From NCBI GenBank assembly GCA_050731715.1, contig JBOHPM010000002.1, positions 1 through 32,291 on the forward strand: a stretch of 32,291 nucleotides of DNA. The letters are read 5' to 3'. Made by a program: the position numbers and the translations under genes. This stretch comes from Candidatus Rokuibacteriota bacterium (GTDB lineage: Bacteria; Methylomirabilota; Methylomirabilia; Rokubacteriales; CSP1-6). Every line of letters begins with the position of its first letter. Positions within the stretch are counted from its first letter, which is position 1. Below the pieces are notes generated by a model. The model was not told the origin of the DNA. It did not search any database and saw only the letters and a program-made list of their open reading frames with translations. Of this stretch, positions 6,901 through 15,232 are shown piece by piece.

Positions 6901-9819
6901 CTGCAAATCGCCGGCTCCAAGAAGGTCGAGAAGCGTATCGTCGATCTCCTTTGACCGCGGCGCTTCGCCGACCGAGCGGACGTCCACTTCGAGCGCGTTA
7001 AGGTGCGGGTGAACCGCAAGGTGATCACGCAGCGCTCGCTCTACTACGCGCGCGTTAATGCCTGTCTTGCCACCCCACGGGAGCGGTTGACCGCCTCCGA
7101 TCACCGGAAGATCGACTGTACCGGCGGGGCCAAGGACCGCGAGTGCACTCCAACCGATGAAATCCTGTTCCGGTCCAGGATCAATGGGGACGGCGACGAG
7201 CCAGCGACGCTCGCCCGCAGGGTTCAGTGTCGTCCCGACCGCGGGGATGTTCCAGCCTTCGAGTAGGCCGAGAAGCCCGTGATCGACCCTGCTCGATCTG
7301 CCGATCGCGGTCACGGCGTAGCCCCAGGCGAGCCGAGCTGGATGGAGCGGTGAGAGGAACACCGCCTGGACTTGCCCGAAGTTCGCCCCGCCCGTACCGT
7401 CCACCACCACTACCGAGAACGGGTACGACGCCCAGAACCGGTCGGCCGGGCTATTGACCCGGGTGGCCGCTTCGATGAGCGCACGGTGCTCTTCGAGGAC
7501 GGCGCGTATCGTGGCAGCATCGATCAGGCTCGGGTCGACGCCGCTAAGCCAAAGAGTCTCCGCGCCAGATCGAAGGCCGAGCGCCGCACACGCTTGGCCC
7601 ATACGAACCATAAAAGCGCCCCACTCTGGAGTGCCGATCAGGGCCGGCGTAGGCCCGTCGCCGATACCTGGCAGCACGAAGTTTTCCGGCCGGGCGAAGA
7701 GAATGCGGGGGGCTGGGCCGCCGTGATGCGGCTGCCAGATAATCGGCTCGTTAGAACCGGCTATGACGTACTGGTACAGGGAATCGAGTGCCGCGGGTGC
7801 CGACCCGCACAGCACGGGCGTAACACTGCTCTGGTACTGTCCGAGAACGCTTTGACGAGCTGCGGCAGCCGGTGGGCGCCGCCCAGCAGGGAGGCCACGC
7901 ACCGCGGACAAAATGCCGGAGGAAAGGTTATTCGATCGTTCCCTGACGTGGAATACAGCCACATCCCTGCCGTGAACAGGATGCGTGTCGGAGATGACAA
8001 CGCCATCGTCGAGGTCGTGTTCGACCAACGGAAATAGGCCGCCGGTTGACGGCGGGAACGCGATTCCCGTGACCGCGGGCTCGCCCACGTCTCGAAAAGC
8101 CGCAGCCCACGGCTCCAGGACGCCATCGTAGACGCGCACCTGATAGCGCCCCTCCTCGCCGAGGAGGATTGTCGGTGTGGTCGCCGCGGCCCACGATGTT
8201 TGGCCGGCGGCGGTTGCAGTGAACGTCTCCTCGTCGTCCGGACCCACCGCCTCGAGGTTTCCATCATCGATGACCAGGACGGTGGGGGAGAATGGCGAGG
8301 GGACGATGACCTTGATCTCGGTCTCAACTCGCCTGGGAGCGTCCCACTCGCCGCCGTGTCGTAGCCTGACAGCAAGGGTCACCCTGAGTTTTTGCTCGGG
8401 GCTCCACTCCCCGGAAATGTCATTCGACTGCGGGCTCCGTTTGGCGGTGTACTCGATCTGTAAATCGCAAGTAATTCGTAGCTGCCCGCTGAGGCTTGCG
8501 ACCGTCTGAAGCTGGCTGAACGTGCATCCCTTCATCTTCAGGTTGATACTCGCCGGCGCTACCCACGCGTCTCCTTCGTTGGCCGACGTCGGCTCCGCCT
8601 CGGCGACGAAAAGCGCTCTCCAATCCTCCTTGTAATGCAGTCCGACGCCGGTGAGGGTCACCCTCGCTCGCCATCTCGTCGGTGTGGGTGCATGAGATAC
8701 AACGCCGATACGCGTATCGAGGACGAACTCATTAGCCTCGGGCTCCGCCAGCGGTCGGAACCCCGGGCACGTGGGGTCCGGAGACAACGGCACCGACTCG
8801 CGGAGGCGCGCTAGTGCCTTCTCAAGGTGCTCTGTTGTGACGCCCCACCACGAGGGGCGATCCGGCGCCGAGGTGTTCGGAATCGTTGCAGACAGAAGCG
8901 TCGGTGACGGTGGCGATGCGAAGACAGCAGCGCCGACTACGGGTGCTGGAGAATCCAATGGGAGCATCTGGAGACGGTTCCAGTCGAGGTCTCGCCACGG
9001 GGTCAACTTCACCGGACCGACGCTCTCACGGTCAAGGGCGAGTAACAGTTCCGACACGCCGCCGTCGCGGAGGAGCAGCGATTGGGTGATGCCGTCCCAG
9101 AGGTCGCTGGCCTTCTCCATCTGCGTCAGCGGAACTCTTCGGGGAGCCTCGAGAAACGGGTTGGCATCCTTAACGAGCGCAGCCGGCAACGGCAGCCCGG
9201 ATAGCCGGACAACTTCCCAGGCGTGGCGCGGCGCCACGACGCCTGAAACCGAAAAGGAGGCTAGCCCGGCGTCGAGATTGTCCAGCATCGACGCGACATG
9301 CACGAGGAATCGGTCGCTCCAGTGGACGCCGGGCGTGTTGCCGGCTCTCTCGAACGACCTGCACAGCACCTCGCTAACCCAGGTGGTCGCTTCTAGGAAG
9401 GCCTCGTACGCGTCCCCGTTCGGAAGCCAATCGCGGTGCTCCCACAGCTCACGAACACACGCACGCACTATGAGAGGCAGGCTACACTCTCCTCCCCCAG
9501 CGCCCGGGAACCGCCTGGAAATGAATGGCCGAACAACGCTCTGGAAAGATGAGTCGGGCTCGTGCAATCCTCGCCGCCAGACGAACACGCGGTCCTCATC
9601 GGTCCGCCACGCGAGTAACTGGCGCCAACCAATCGTGACGTTCCCCAGCCCGGGTTCCGCCGCAGCCAAAGAGACAAGGAACGCCCGGTTCGGAGCCATC
9701 GTGTTGGCGTACTCGACGAGCGCAGTCATCTCCGCGGTCAACGGCCCAGGCAATTCAACGGAGTACAATCCACGGAGCGACGAGAGGTAACGGGCAATGG
9801 CGCGTCCCAGCACTGGCAT
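3901..9819 (-). CDS. Giant 1972-aa protein with C-terminal HerA/DUF87-type (FtsK-HerA superfamily) ATPase; DptH(DndH)-like architecture
   Basis: ATG 9819 lies 6 nt after the upstream stop. The C-terminal ~370 aa carry Walker A LGIFGYMGSGKSY (4945..4968), Walker B KIVIFDEAHEYM (4261..4278) and RHEGTSYVFATQDVRSIP. A Pro/Ala/Ser-rich linker sits at about 5085..5335. In the N-terminal ~1500 aa the only motif I see is a candidate PD-(D/E)xK (ADMLALAV...LCLVPTEVK, 5914..5990). The DptH assignment is architectural only. Confidence 0.9.
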   Translation of the reverse strand: MPVLGRAIARYLSSLRGLYSVELPGPLTAEMTALVEYANTMAPNRAFLVSLAAAEPGLGNVTIGWRQLLAWRTDEDRVFVWRRGLHEPDSSFQSVVRPFISRRFPGAGGGECSLPLIVRACVRELWEHRDWLPNGDAYEAFLEATTWVSEVLCRSFERAGNTPGVHWSDRFLVHVASMLDNLDAGLASFSVSGVVAPRHAWEVVRLSGLPLPAALVKDANPFLEAPRRVPLTQMEKASDLWDGITQSLLLRDGGVSELLLALDRESVGPVKLTPWRDLDWNRLQMLPLDSPAPVVGAAVFASPPSPTLLSATIPNTSAPDRPSWWGVTTEHLEKALARLRESVPLSPDPTCPGFRPLAEPEANEFVLDTRIGVVSHAPTPTRWRARVTLTGVGLHYKEDWRALFVAEAEPTSANEGDAWVAPASINLKMKGCTFSQLQTVASLSGQLRITCDLQIEYTAKRSPQSNDISGEWSPEQKLRVTLAVRLRHGGEWDAPRRVETEIKVIVPSPFSPTVLVIDDGNLEAVGPDDEETFTATAAGQTSWAAATTPTILLGEEGRYQVRVYDGVLEPWAAAFRDVGEPAVTGIAFPPSTGGLFPLVEHDLDDGVVISDTHPVHGRDVAVFHVRERSNNLSSGILSAVRGLPAGRRPPAAAARQSVLGQYQSSVTPVLCGSAPAALDSLYQYVIAGSNEPIIWQPHHGGPAPRILFARPENFVLPGIGDGPTPALIGTPEWGAFMVRMGQACAALGLRSGAETLWLSGVDPSLIDAATIRAVLEEHRALIEAATRVNSPADRFWASYPFSVVVVDGTGGANFGQVQAVFLSPLHPARLAWGYAVTAIGRSSRVDHGLLGLLEGWNIPAVGTTLNPAGERRWLVAVPIDPGPEQDFIGWSALAVLGPAGTVDLPVIGGGQPLPWGGKTGINARVVERALRDHLAVHPHLNALEVDVRSVGEAPRSKEIDDTLLDLLGAGDLQGMSSLGGGARVWDSLDRRGDPPTRDTLFARRRYQERDRSFEWRVYTPAAPPGNADIALVENATVHLAVTIGAAYGVLGILPLRRFLPADLSGTQLDQNFLPRDREDILGLASLLRLLEAPASEDKLCLRANPQLHALGIGRGAEWEVLGTFNVDPSLLATLVAGVPATSGRRLLWEWRPSWMVTEKRAADLARRPYYVIARVPASLTTALHARQAISQANAEELLAVLGQRGIGLAALNAESGTQESAAAGFFYATQVLSTNKGVGPFGALPAERRPLVYGVLPLDPVEPILQGLAGRALELRADMLALAVSRGDDGALSLCLVPTEVKHHGMPATPEKIPGASNPELRHAREQLADTVTWLKDFIASVTGTDPGEAALRYLRRLGLATLVDLAMSFSPNPPAALWRSTILSEILAAPFHIGVGDPIVLWFAPGCINTAARPCVIDPHPPHVVGSLQTREIYIDPCAVPGLWWHATAMQKADNETRGELDEVIRACFAKCAAGSTSVPPNRDELASLLGLDASGEAALASRGESISAGPATVEAAAAVEARGTHRPVPHEPPGPPISSPPPATAPASETLESAGVKGVAPTTVEASTSPQETETPRFVIGWSSLSTRWTAVGRLSGGNELVALDLDHPKTLGIFGYMGSGKSYLLGTIVESAVLPIPGVNSLPAPLAVVIFNYRRNASDRFELNSFAFPNDDALDVERLASEYRAHAAAVSDIRILCLPGELRPARAQEYNAIQANELFFDPRVLDVEDWELLMGEPGSEAVFARTIRNTLVDLRAAGEVTLDQLDHEVANRLSGQSRSAARLRFDFVRRYISEGRGVDFGQLLRPGRVVIVDLRQPLFNKDDALRFFLVCANHVSRIQGQFNKIVIFDEAHEYMSEAFGERMESRIRQMRHEGTSYVFATQDVRSIPSGISRFVTTRFVFNLGTRENVQDLEGVAPEFRGHRLLDMKPGHCLAQSNTSTQGLFAVPRQIRVRPRATQHGGAARIFTRT

Positions 9820-9825
9820 GGCGGC

Positions 9826-11370
9826 TCAGAACCCCGCTCGGATCACGAGCGCGTCGTCGGCGTCGGGGCTATCGGTGCTCAACCCCGCCTCCTCCAGCAT
9901 GCCTACTATCACCGATCGCTCTACTCGAACACCGAGAGACACGAGATCTCGTCTCAGGTCTCCGAGCGTACAGGACCCGCCGGGCCTGACGCAGAGCAGA
10001 CTGGTAATGACGACGAGCCACTCCGGGCCCGGGCGGAACCACATGTGCCGCCCGCTGCTCCTAGCGAGGTAGTAGAAGTCTGCGTGGTCAACGGAATCGT
10101 CGTCTGATGAACGCGGTAGAAGGAGATACCGGACAAATTCTTTCTGGTTGTTCGCCATTGACGATGTGACCCGGATCGAAGTGCCGATCGACGAGAGTTG
10201 CTCTCCGGTGAGAGCCTCGACCCACAGTTCGATCGAGTTCGCGAGCGAGGCTGCGGTAGGCAGCGTGTCCCCGATTCCGGCGTTGAGTAGCTGATCTCGT
10301 GCCTTCCATCCGCGCGCAATCAAGTCCGAGGTAGCAGGCCAAATGCCCTTCTGGCTCGCCGGCACTTCGGGCGGCTCAATAGTCGCTAGGACAGCTCCCT
10401 CGCTGAGGAGTGAATTGATCGGACTCGGGCTGATGGGCGGACTTCCTGCCAACCGGTTCACAACCATCTGGTGAAGCCTGCAGAAGAACTCCGCTTCCCA
10501 CAGGTACGCGAACGCGAGGCCCGTCCGCAATAAGCAGAGCGACCAGTCGACGAACCTCCGCGCAGGCAAGCGGTCGTGCCACTGGCTGGCGGGATCGCAA
10601 AGACACAACCACTTTGTCCAGAACCAGGCAAACGGTGCCTGCCGATAGGCGCTAAGCGCGGACTTTTCGCGCTCGATGGTTACCGCCGGCGTGACAGGTG
10701 GCCAGGCTGGCCATTCGCCTGACGGCTTCGAGTATTTTGCGGGGAGGCCTGCCCAAGCGTGAGCGGCGATTCGAGGGAGAAGCCATTCGATGGCCCCGGT
10801 TGCACCCTTGCGCGGGTCGGGTGTTTCGGTGAAGAGGGCAAGAAACGCGCCCGCGGCGGCTCCTTCTTTCAGCGCTCCGCCGAGCCATGCCATCGACTCG
10901 ATCGCTCTAGCGAGGTTCGCAGGGATCGGCTTATTTACTAACCCGTGTAGTGTCTGGAGAGCCACCGTCGCCGGGTGAATGGGGACGCACGCGGTCGACT
11001 TGTCACCGCGTGCTTGCGGTGCCCTGAGGGATTCGAGAAGCGGCCGGACAGGGCCACGTGCCCCGGTAGGCACAGTCACGAGCCCAGTGACGTTAAAGGA
11101 TTCGGCGAGGGGTATAGTCTCGAGCGTGCGCGGACTTCCGCCCCGGAGCTTACGGGGCACTAACCGTTCCGGTTCGGGGAGATCGTCAGGATCCTCTCCC
11201 TTCACCTTGAGGCGCGAAAGATGCTCGATCATCTTGTTGCCATTGATGTCCGAAGCGAGCGACGAGCCTTCGGATCGCCAGAGCAAGTCGGTCAGTAGCG
11301 ACTCGGTCTGCTTCGCGTATTCTGGGCGGGGTAAATGCCCAAACAGTCTGGCGATCCAGGTCTCCTGCAT
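9826..11370 (-). CDS. 514-aa protein of unknown function; positional equivalent of DptG
   Basis: The track ORF is 545 aa (start 11463) and would overlap the upstream gene by 85 nt. Preferred start is ATG 11370 (MQETWIARLF...), 8 nt after the upstream TAA. The stop lies 6 nt before the next ATG. A Trp/Cys/Leu-rich core is present (FAWFWTKWLCLCDPASQWHDRLPARRFVDWSLCLL). No catalytic motif recognised. Confidence 0.8.
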   Translation of the reverse strand: MQETWIARLFGHLPRPEYAKQTESLLTDLLWRSEGSSLASDINGNKMIEHLSRLKVKGEDPDDLPEPERLVPRKLRGGSPRTLETIPLAESFNVTGLVTVPTGARGPVRPLLESLRAPQARGDKSTACVPIHPATVALQTLHGLVNKPIPANLARAIESMAWLGGALKEGAAAGAFLALFTETPDPRKGATGAIEWLLPRIAAHAWAGLPAKYSKPSGEWPAWPPVTPAVTIEREKSALSAYRQAPFAWFWTKWLCLCDPASQWHDRLPARRFVDWSLCLLRTGLAFAYLWEAEFFCRLHQMVVNRLAGSPPISPSPINSLLSEGAVLATIEPPEVPASQKGIWPATSDLIARGWKARDQLLNAGIGDTLPTAASLANSIELWVEALTGEQLSSIGTSIRVTSSMANNQKEFVRYLLLPRSSDDDSVDHADFYYLARSSGRHMWFRPGPEWLVVITSLLCVRPGGSCTLGDLRRDLVSLGVRVERSVIVGMLEEAGLSTDSPDADDALVIRAGF

Positions 11371-11378
11371 AAGTGGCC

Positions 11379-13622
11379 TTATCCAGGTTGCACGCGCAGG
11401 GCGGCCGTCCCCGTCGGGCTCGGCACAAGCTGAAACGCGTCCCCCTTCTCGTCCGTGAACCAAGCGTTGATCCGCCGTAGGCGCCCTCGGCTTATGAGCG
11501 ACGCCCTTGCTCGCTCGATCCTGGCGAACGCCGTGTCGCCGATCTCGGTAAAGGCGTTCGTAGTTCCGTCAGCGTGCAGAAGCGACTCCCTGGCCACAGC
11601 GAGATCGACGGCCAGCGTCGCAAGCGGCTCCGTTGACGCTCCCCGGTGCCGCATTCTCACCTCGGCGATGAGGGCATCGCCCTGCGCGACGACCTGTACG
11701 TCCAGCTCATTTGGCTGCACGGTGACGAGAAGGGTCTCGCTCGGGAGGTCTCCCGTGAGGCAGTATGTCCTTGGTCGTAGCGGTGCCGTAAAGACCTTTT
11801 TGCCCCCTGCCGCCGGGATAATGAGATTGTTTATTCCGTCACCGAGCGGGAGTCGCTGACCGCCTAGTAAGGCGCTTGCCTGTTCAGCCAACCAGGCTCC
11901 GATCGCTTCCGCGTACCGGACATGCCCAAGCGCCGTCCCCACTTGACGGAGTACCATGACTGCTCTCCACCGTCGGAGGACCCGGACCCTTGAGACGGCC
12001 GCGCGTGTTCCCTTGGGCAGCTCGGCGGCGATCTCCTCGCGGAGAACGCGATCGAGCTGCTTCTCAATCTCTGAACTCGCCGCCTGCGGAATTTCAACCC
12101 ACGAGACAACTTGCTCCGCCGGCGAGACGATATCCAGCGATTCGACAGCGTCCATGACTCGCTTCCGAAGGCCGTCCCAACTCTCGGTGTCGAGCGCTGG
12201 GTCAATGTCCGCGAATGCTTTCTCGAAGGGTTGCAGCCGGGCGGCGTCACCAGACGGGACGAGCAGATCGATGATCGCGCCGAAGACGCTGTCCTTTAGC
12301 CTCGCGTCGGCGACGTCTCTGGTCACAAGGAAGCCGCCGCCGGGGTAGATGTTCGTGTAGATCCGATGCCGGGCGAGCCGAACGGTCACGGTCTTCTCTC
12401 CAGCGCCGCTCCCTAATCGCTGATGGGTGTCGGCGACCCATTGACATGGGTGCGTACCGGCTAGCCACTCCTCTTCCGCGGTCCCCATGATCGCCAGTGA
12501 AACGTGGCCAAGGAGGTCCCGATAAGTAAGCCTTCGCGTCGCGGCGATCTCCGCCGCACGGAGCGTATCCAGGAATCGGTGGCGAAGCGCGGGTTCCCGC
12601 AGCCAGACGGAGTTCTGTGTGAACGGGCACAGGTCGTAGGCTGAACACACTTGTCCCGATACCGCGTCTCTGCAACCGCCGCCCTCCCATCTGGGGGCGT
12701 CGGCATACATGGTCACAAGCCCACCCGCGACAGTGTTGTCCCTCGTCATGTCGGAACTCACGAGCCGGCCGAGTGTCAGGTACTGCGCGACCTCAGGCAG
12801 GGGTGCCGAAAAATCCACCACGCGGCCGCCGGCGCCCGGGATCGGCTCGAGCAAGGACAGCATGTCGAGGAAAACGACCCGAACACAGATGCCTACTGGG
12901 TGCTTACTCTCGGTTACGAGGCGAACCGTGAATTGTCCGTAGTGCGGTCTCTCGGAAGTAGGCTGCAGCACGTTATCCAGTGACCCATCGGCGTTCTCTG
13001 AGGGCGCTGACAGCCAGCGGATCATCGATGCGGCAAGACGCCCCTCTAGAGGCTCTGTAGACCAATCGGCCACGGCCCGAAGCGCGCCGCTTTCCTCGAC
13101 GAGAATTCCGCGGTTAACATTCACGAACAGCGAAGTCGGCTTTCCCCGGGCGGTGCGCCCGAGGGCGTCTGCGATGTCGTGAAAGAGAGAACCGGGCGAG
13201 CTCTCAACTGCTGCGACATCCTGTCTAGGAATCGACGCATCGTTCACGAACGCGAGTTCCAGGCTGTTTGCAAGCCGATCGGCCTCCGCGGGCCAGCCTA
13301 TCGGAATGGTTCTCGGAACGGGATCACCGGGACCTCGGGATGGCAGGACAATACCGAGCCTCCTGGCGAGTGACCGTAGGGCTTCGGACTTTCCGTTCCC
13401 TGGCCCGCCGACCAGAAAGCACCAGTCGATCTCTGTCGCGGCTGGCGACCAACCTGTGTGTCTGCTCGTGATGTGTTGCAGCACGTCCTCGATACCCGGG
13501 GGGAAGTCGCCTAGCACAAGAGGATCGGGTGTTCCTGACGTCGGCAGGGCGACCGTCCCTCCCTGGCCATAGGAATGCGTCAGAAGCCAGTGAACGATCT
13601 CATTCCGAACGTAGGAACTCAT
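11379..13622 (-). CDS. 747-aa P-loop NTPase; DptF-like position and N-terminal motif layout
   Basis: Walker A FLVGGPGNGKSE (13386..13409), then LELAFVNDASIP and SLFVNVNRGILVEE blocks. A Cys cluster C-x8-C-x5-C (GGGCRDAVSGQVCSAYDLCPF) sits at 12627..12674. ATG 13622 lies 9 nt after the MTase TAG. The DptF-like call rests on my memory of the GxxGxGKSE ... DA(T/S) ... (I/V)NxG(M/I)L pattern and is unverified. Confidence 0.9.
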   Translation of the reverse strand: MSSYVRNEIVHWLLTHSYGQGGTVALPTSGTPDPLVLGDFPPGIEDVLQHITSRHTGWSPAATEIDWCFLVGGPGNGKSEALRSLARRLGIVLPSRGPGDPVPRTIPIGWPAEADRLANSLELAFVNDASIPRQDVAAVESSPGSLFHDIADALGRTARGKPTSLFVNVNRGILVEESGALRAVADWSTEPLEGRLAASMIRWLSAPSENADGSLDNVLQPTSERPHYGQFTVRLVTESKHPVGICVRVVFLDMLSLLEPIPGAGGRVVDFSAPLPEVAQYLTLGRLVSSDMTRDNTVAGGLVTMYADAPRWEGGGCRDAVSGQVCSAYDLCPFTQNSVWLREPALRHRFLDTLRAAEIAATRRLTYRDLLGHVSLAIMGTAEEEWLAGTHPCQWVADTHQRLGSGAGEKTVTVRLARHRIYTNIYPGGGFLVTRDVADARLKDSVFGAIIDLLVPSGDAARLQPFEKAFADIDPALDTESWDGLRKRVMDAVESLDIVSPAEQVVSWVEIPQAASSEIEKQLDRVLREEIAAELPKGTRAAVSRVRVLRRWRAVMVLRQVGTALGHVRYAEAIGAWLAEQASALLGGQRLPLGDGINNLIIPAAGGKKVFTAPLRPRTYCLTGDLPSETLLVTVQPNELDVQVVAQGDALIAEVRMRHRGASTEPLATLAVDLAVARESLLHADGTTNAFTEIGDTAFARIERARASLISRGRLRRINAWFTDEKGDAFQLVPSPTGTAALRVQPG

Positions 13623-13631
13623 TGGTCTGGC

Positions 13632-14918
13632 CTACTCGCGCCGGACTTCGCGACTTATCGACAGCTCATGGGACACATCCTTAAGCAAGCGGCCGAGCAC
13701 CTCCGCAAGAAACGGCGGCACGGCGTTCGCCACTTGTGTGTACCGTGGACATTCTCGCACCCGCAGCTCCCCCCCCGTCGTGTACTTTCCCTTGAAGGCA
13801 TACCAGTCGGGAAAGGACTGGAGCCTGGCATACTCTCGAACCGTGAGGATCCTCGGCTCGGAGTAATGAATCAGGTCGTCGGGCAACGACGTCAGCGTGT
13901 GTGAGGGCTGCTCAGGATCCAGGGGCACGATGCAATTCTTCTTGAGCCCGAGACGCTTCCGCTCAGCGGGCGTCATCTGTACTCCGCGTCGGCACGTGGC
14001 TAGGATCTTCGCGAAGCGGTCCCGGATCTCCTCCCGGTGCTTCGCCAGGCGCATGCTGTTCGGAGAACTACCATTCATTGAGCCATGCAAGAGCGATTGA
14101 TAAACCGTGATGGGGAAGGTATAGGAGACCTGCTGGTAACCCCGGACATCAGGGCACGGTGCGAGTTCCTTTTGTACGGTCTCCAGGTCTGAGATCGCCT
14201 CCTGAACCCCGACGGGGCGATCCAACGGCAGTTCCTTTTCCGCCAGGAACTCCTTGCGGCGCTCCTCCAGCCGCGCATAAGGGTCATAATTGACGCGGTT
14301 CCTAAGTAGCCTCTTATCGATCGCAATCATGATGTATCGCGGCCTAAACTGCGGCACGCCGTAGTCCAACGCGCGGACCAGCTTCGGATACACGACGTAA
14401 CCGAGGGCGATCAGCCGCTCTTGGATCCTTACCGAAAATGGAGTTGGCGGGCGTCCCGGGCCGCGCTTCCTCGGCCTGTGCTTCTTCCCGAATTCGATGG
14501 CGACGCCGCGAACGTTCTCGAGGAACAAGAGGCGCGGGCGGAGAAGGGCGACGATCTCGAGATAGTGCTTGAAGAGGCCGTTGCGGGGGTCATCCTTTCT
14601 CCTGCGACCGGCGAAGGAGAAGCCTTGGCAGGGTGGGCCTCCCGCAATTAGGTCGACCTTCCCGCGTAGTGACTTAAGATTCCTCCTGTGCTGCTTCAAG
14701 AAGCCCCGTATTTCGCAGGACTCCCCGGGAAGCCAAGTGGGCCAGTCGTAGGACGGCATCTGCTCGAGCAAGTTGTGCTTGAGTGTCTCGAACGCGAACC
14801 GGTCAGCTTCTATGGCGAACAAGCCCTTCCAACCAGCCTGTGTCAAACCGAGCGATAGGCCGCCGCACCCCGCGAATATGTCGATGAACCTCAACCGGCT
14901 CGTGTCGCCGTCGCTCAC
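13632..14918 (-). CDS. DNA (cytosine-5)-methyltransferase, Dcm family
   Basis: Motif I FIDIFAGCGGLSLG, IV GGPPCQGFS, VI LFLENV, VIII QFRPRYIM, IX TVREYARLQSFPDWY, X TQVANAVPP. The TRD contains SHTLTS. GTG start at 14918 with GGGGGA about 7 nt upstream. First gene of the operon. Confidence 0.95.
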   Translation of the reverse strand: MSDGDTSRLRFIDIFAGCGGLSLGLTQAGWKGLFAIEADRFAFETLKHNLLEQMPSYDWPTWLPGESCEIRGFLKQHRRNLKSLRGKVDLIAGGPPCQGFSFAGRRRKDDPRNGLFKHYLEIVALLRPRLLFLENVRGVAIEFGKKHRPRKRGPGRPPTPFSVRIQERLIALGYVVYPKLVRALDYGVPQFRPRYIMIAIDKRLLRNRVNYDPYARLEERRKEFLAEKELPLDRPVGVQEAISDLETVQKELAPCPDVRGYQQVSYTFPITVYQSLLHGSMNGSSPNSMRLAKHREEIRDRFAKILATCRRGVQMTPAERKRLGLKKNCIVPLDPEQPSHTLTSLPDDLIHYSEPRILTVREYARLQSFPDWYAFKGKYTTGGELRVRECPRYTQVANAVPPFLAEVLGRLLKDVSHELSISREVRRE

Positions 14919-15203
14919 CCTACGTCCCCCGCCGGACGCCGCGGTCCCACGTGCCTTTCGATTCCCATGTGCAAGACAAAAGTCGCTTTAAGAGGAGAGC
15001 GCGACCGGTCGGTCCTCTCGTCCGTCTCTTGGCATGACCCGACGCCAGTGCCGAGGGTGTAACACGCTCAGCACGACGTTCCGTAGGGATGCCTCTTCCC
15101 CCGGTGCTCCGGCGCGCCACCCGTAGATGCACCCGAAGGACGACGCTACCACGGCCCTCGCCTGCAGAACGCCTTCCCTAGGACGCCTTGAGCTCGGGCT
15201 GTC

Positions 15204-15232
15204 ATCATATGTTTAGCTATCCTGGGTGTCAA
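15204..15232 (-). promoter_or_regulatory. Candidate sigma70-type promoter for the methyltransferase operon: TTGACA - 17 nt - TATGAT
   Basis: On the minus strand the -35 TTGACA is at 15232..15227 and the -10 TATGAT at 15209..15204, with an exact 17-nt spacer. It lies in the AT-richest patch I noticed in the 431-nt traG-MTase spacer. It would give a leader of about 280 nt. Consensus match only. Confidence 0.45.

Noticed and set aside
3095-14918. Classification of the operon as Druantia type II (DruM-F-G-E), DISARM or BREX
   Set aside because: Druantia DruE and DISARM DrmA are SF2 helicases with DUF1998. Here the DEAH-containing Walker B lies only about 110 aa from the C-terminus and about 230 aa after the Walker A, which is a HerA/DUF87 layout, and no helicase C-domain fits. 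I saw no PLD, PglZ, PglX or Lon-like motifs. This is rejected on motif grounds only; a profile search should confirm it.
14920-15132. 70-codon ORF ending right before the MTase start; considered as a possible R-M controller (C) protein
   Set aside because: Third-codon positions are not GC-biased, unlike every convincing gene here. The product is an Arg-rich peptide with no helix-turn-helix pattern. I treat it as part of a non-coding leader.
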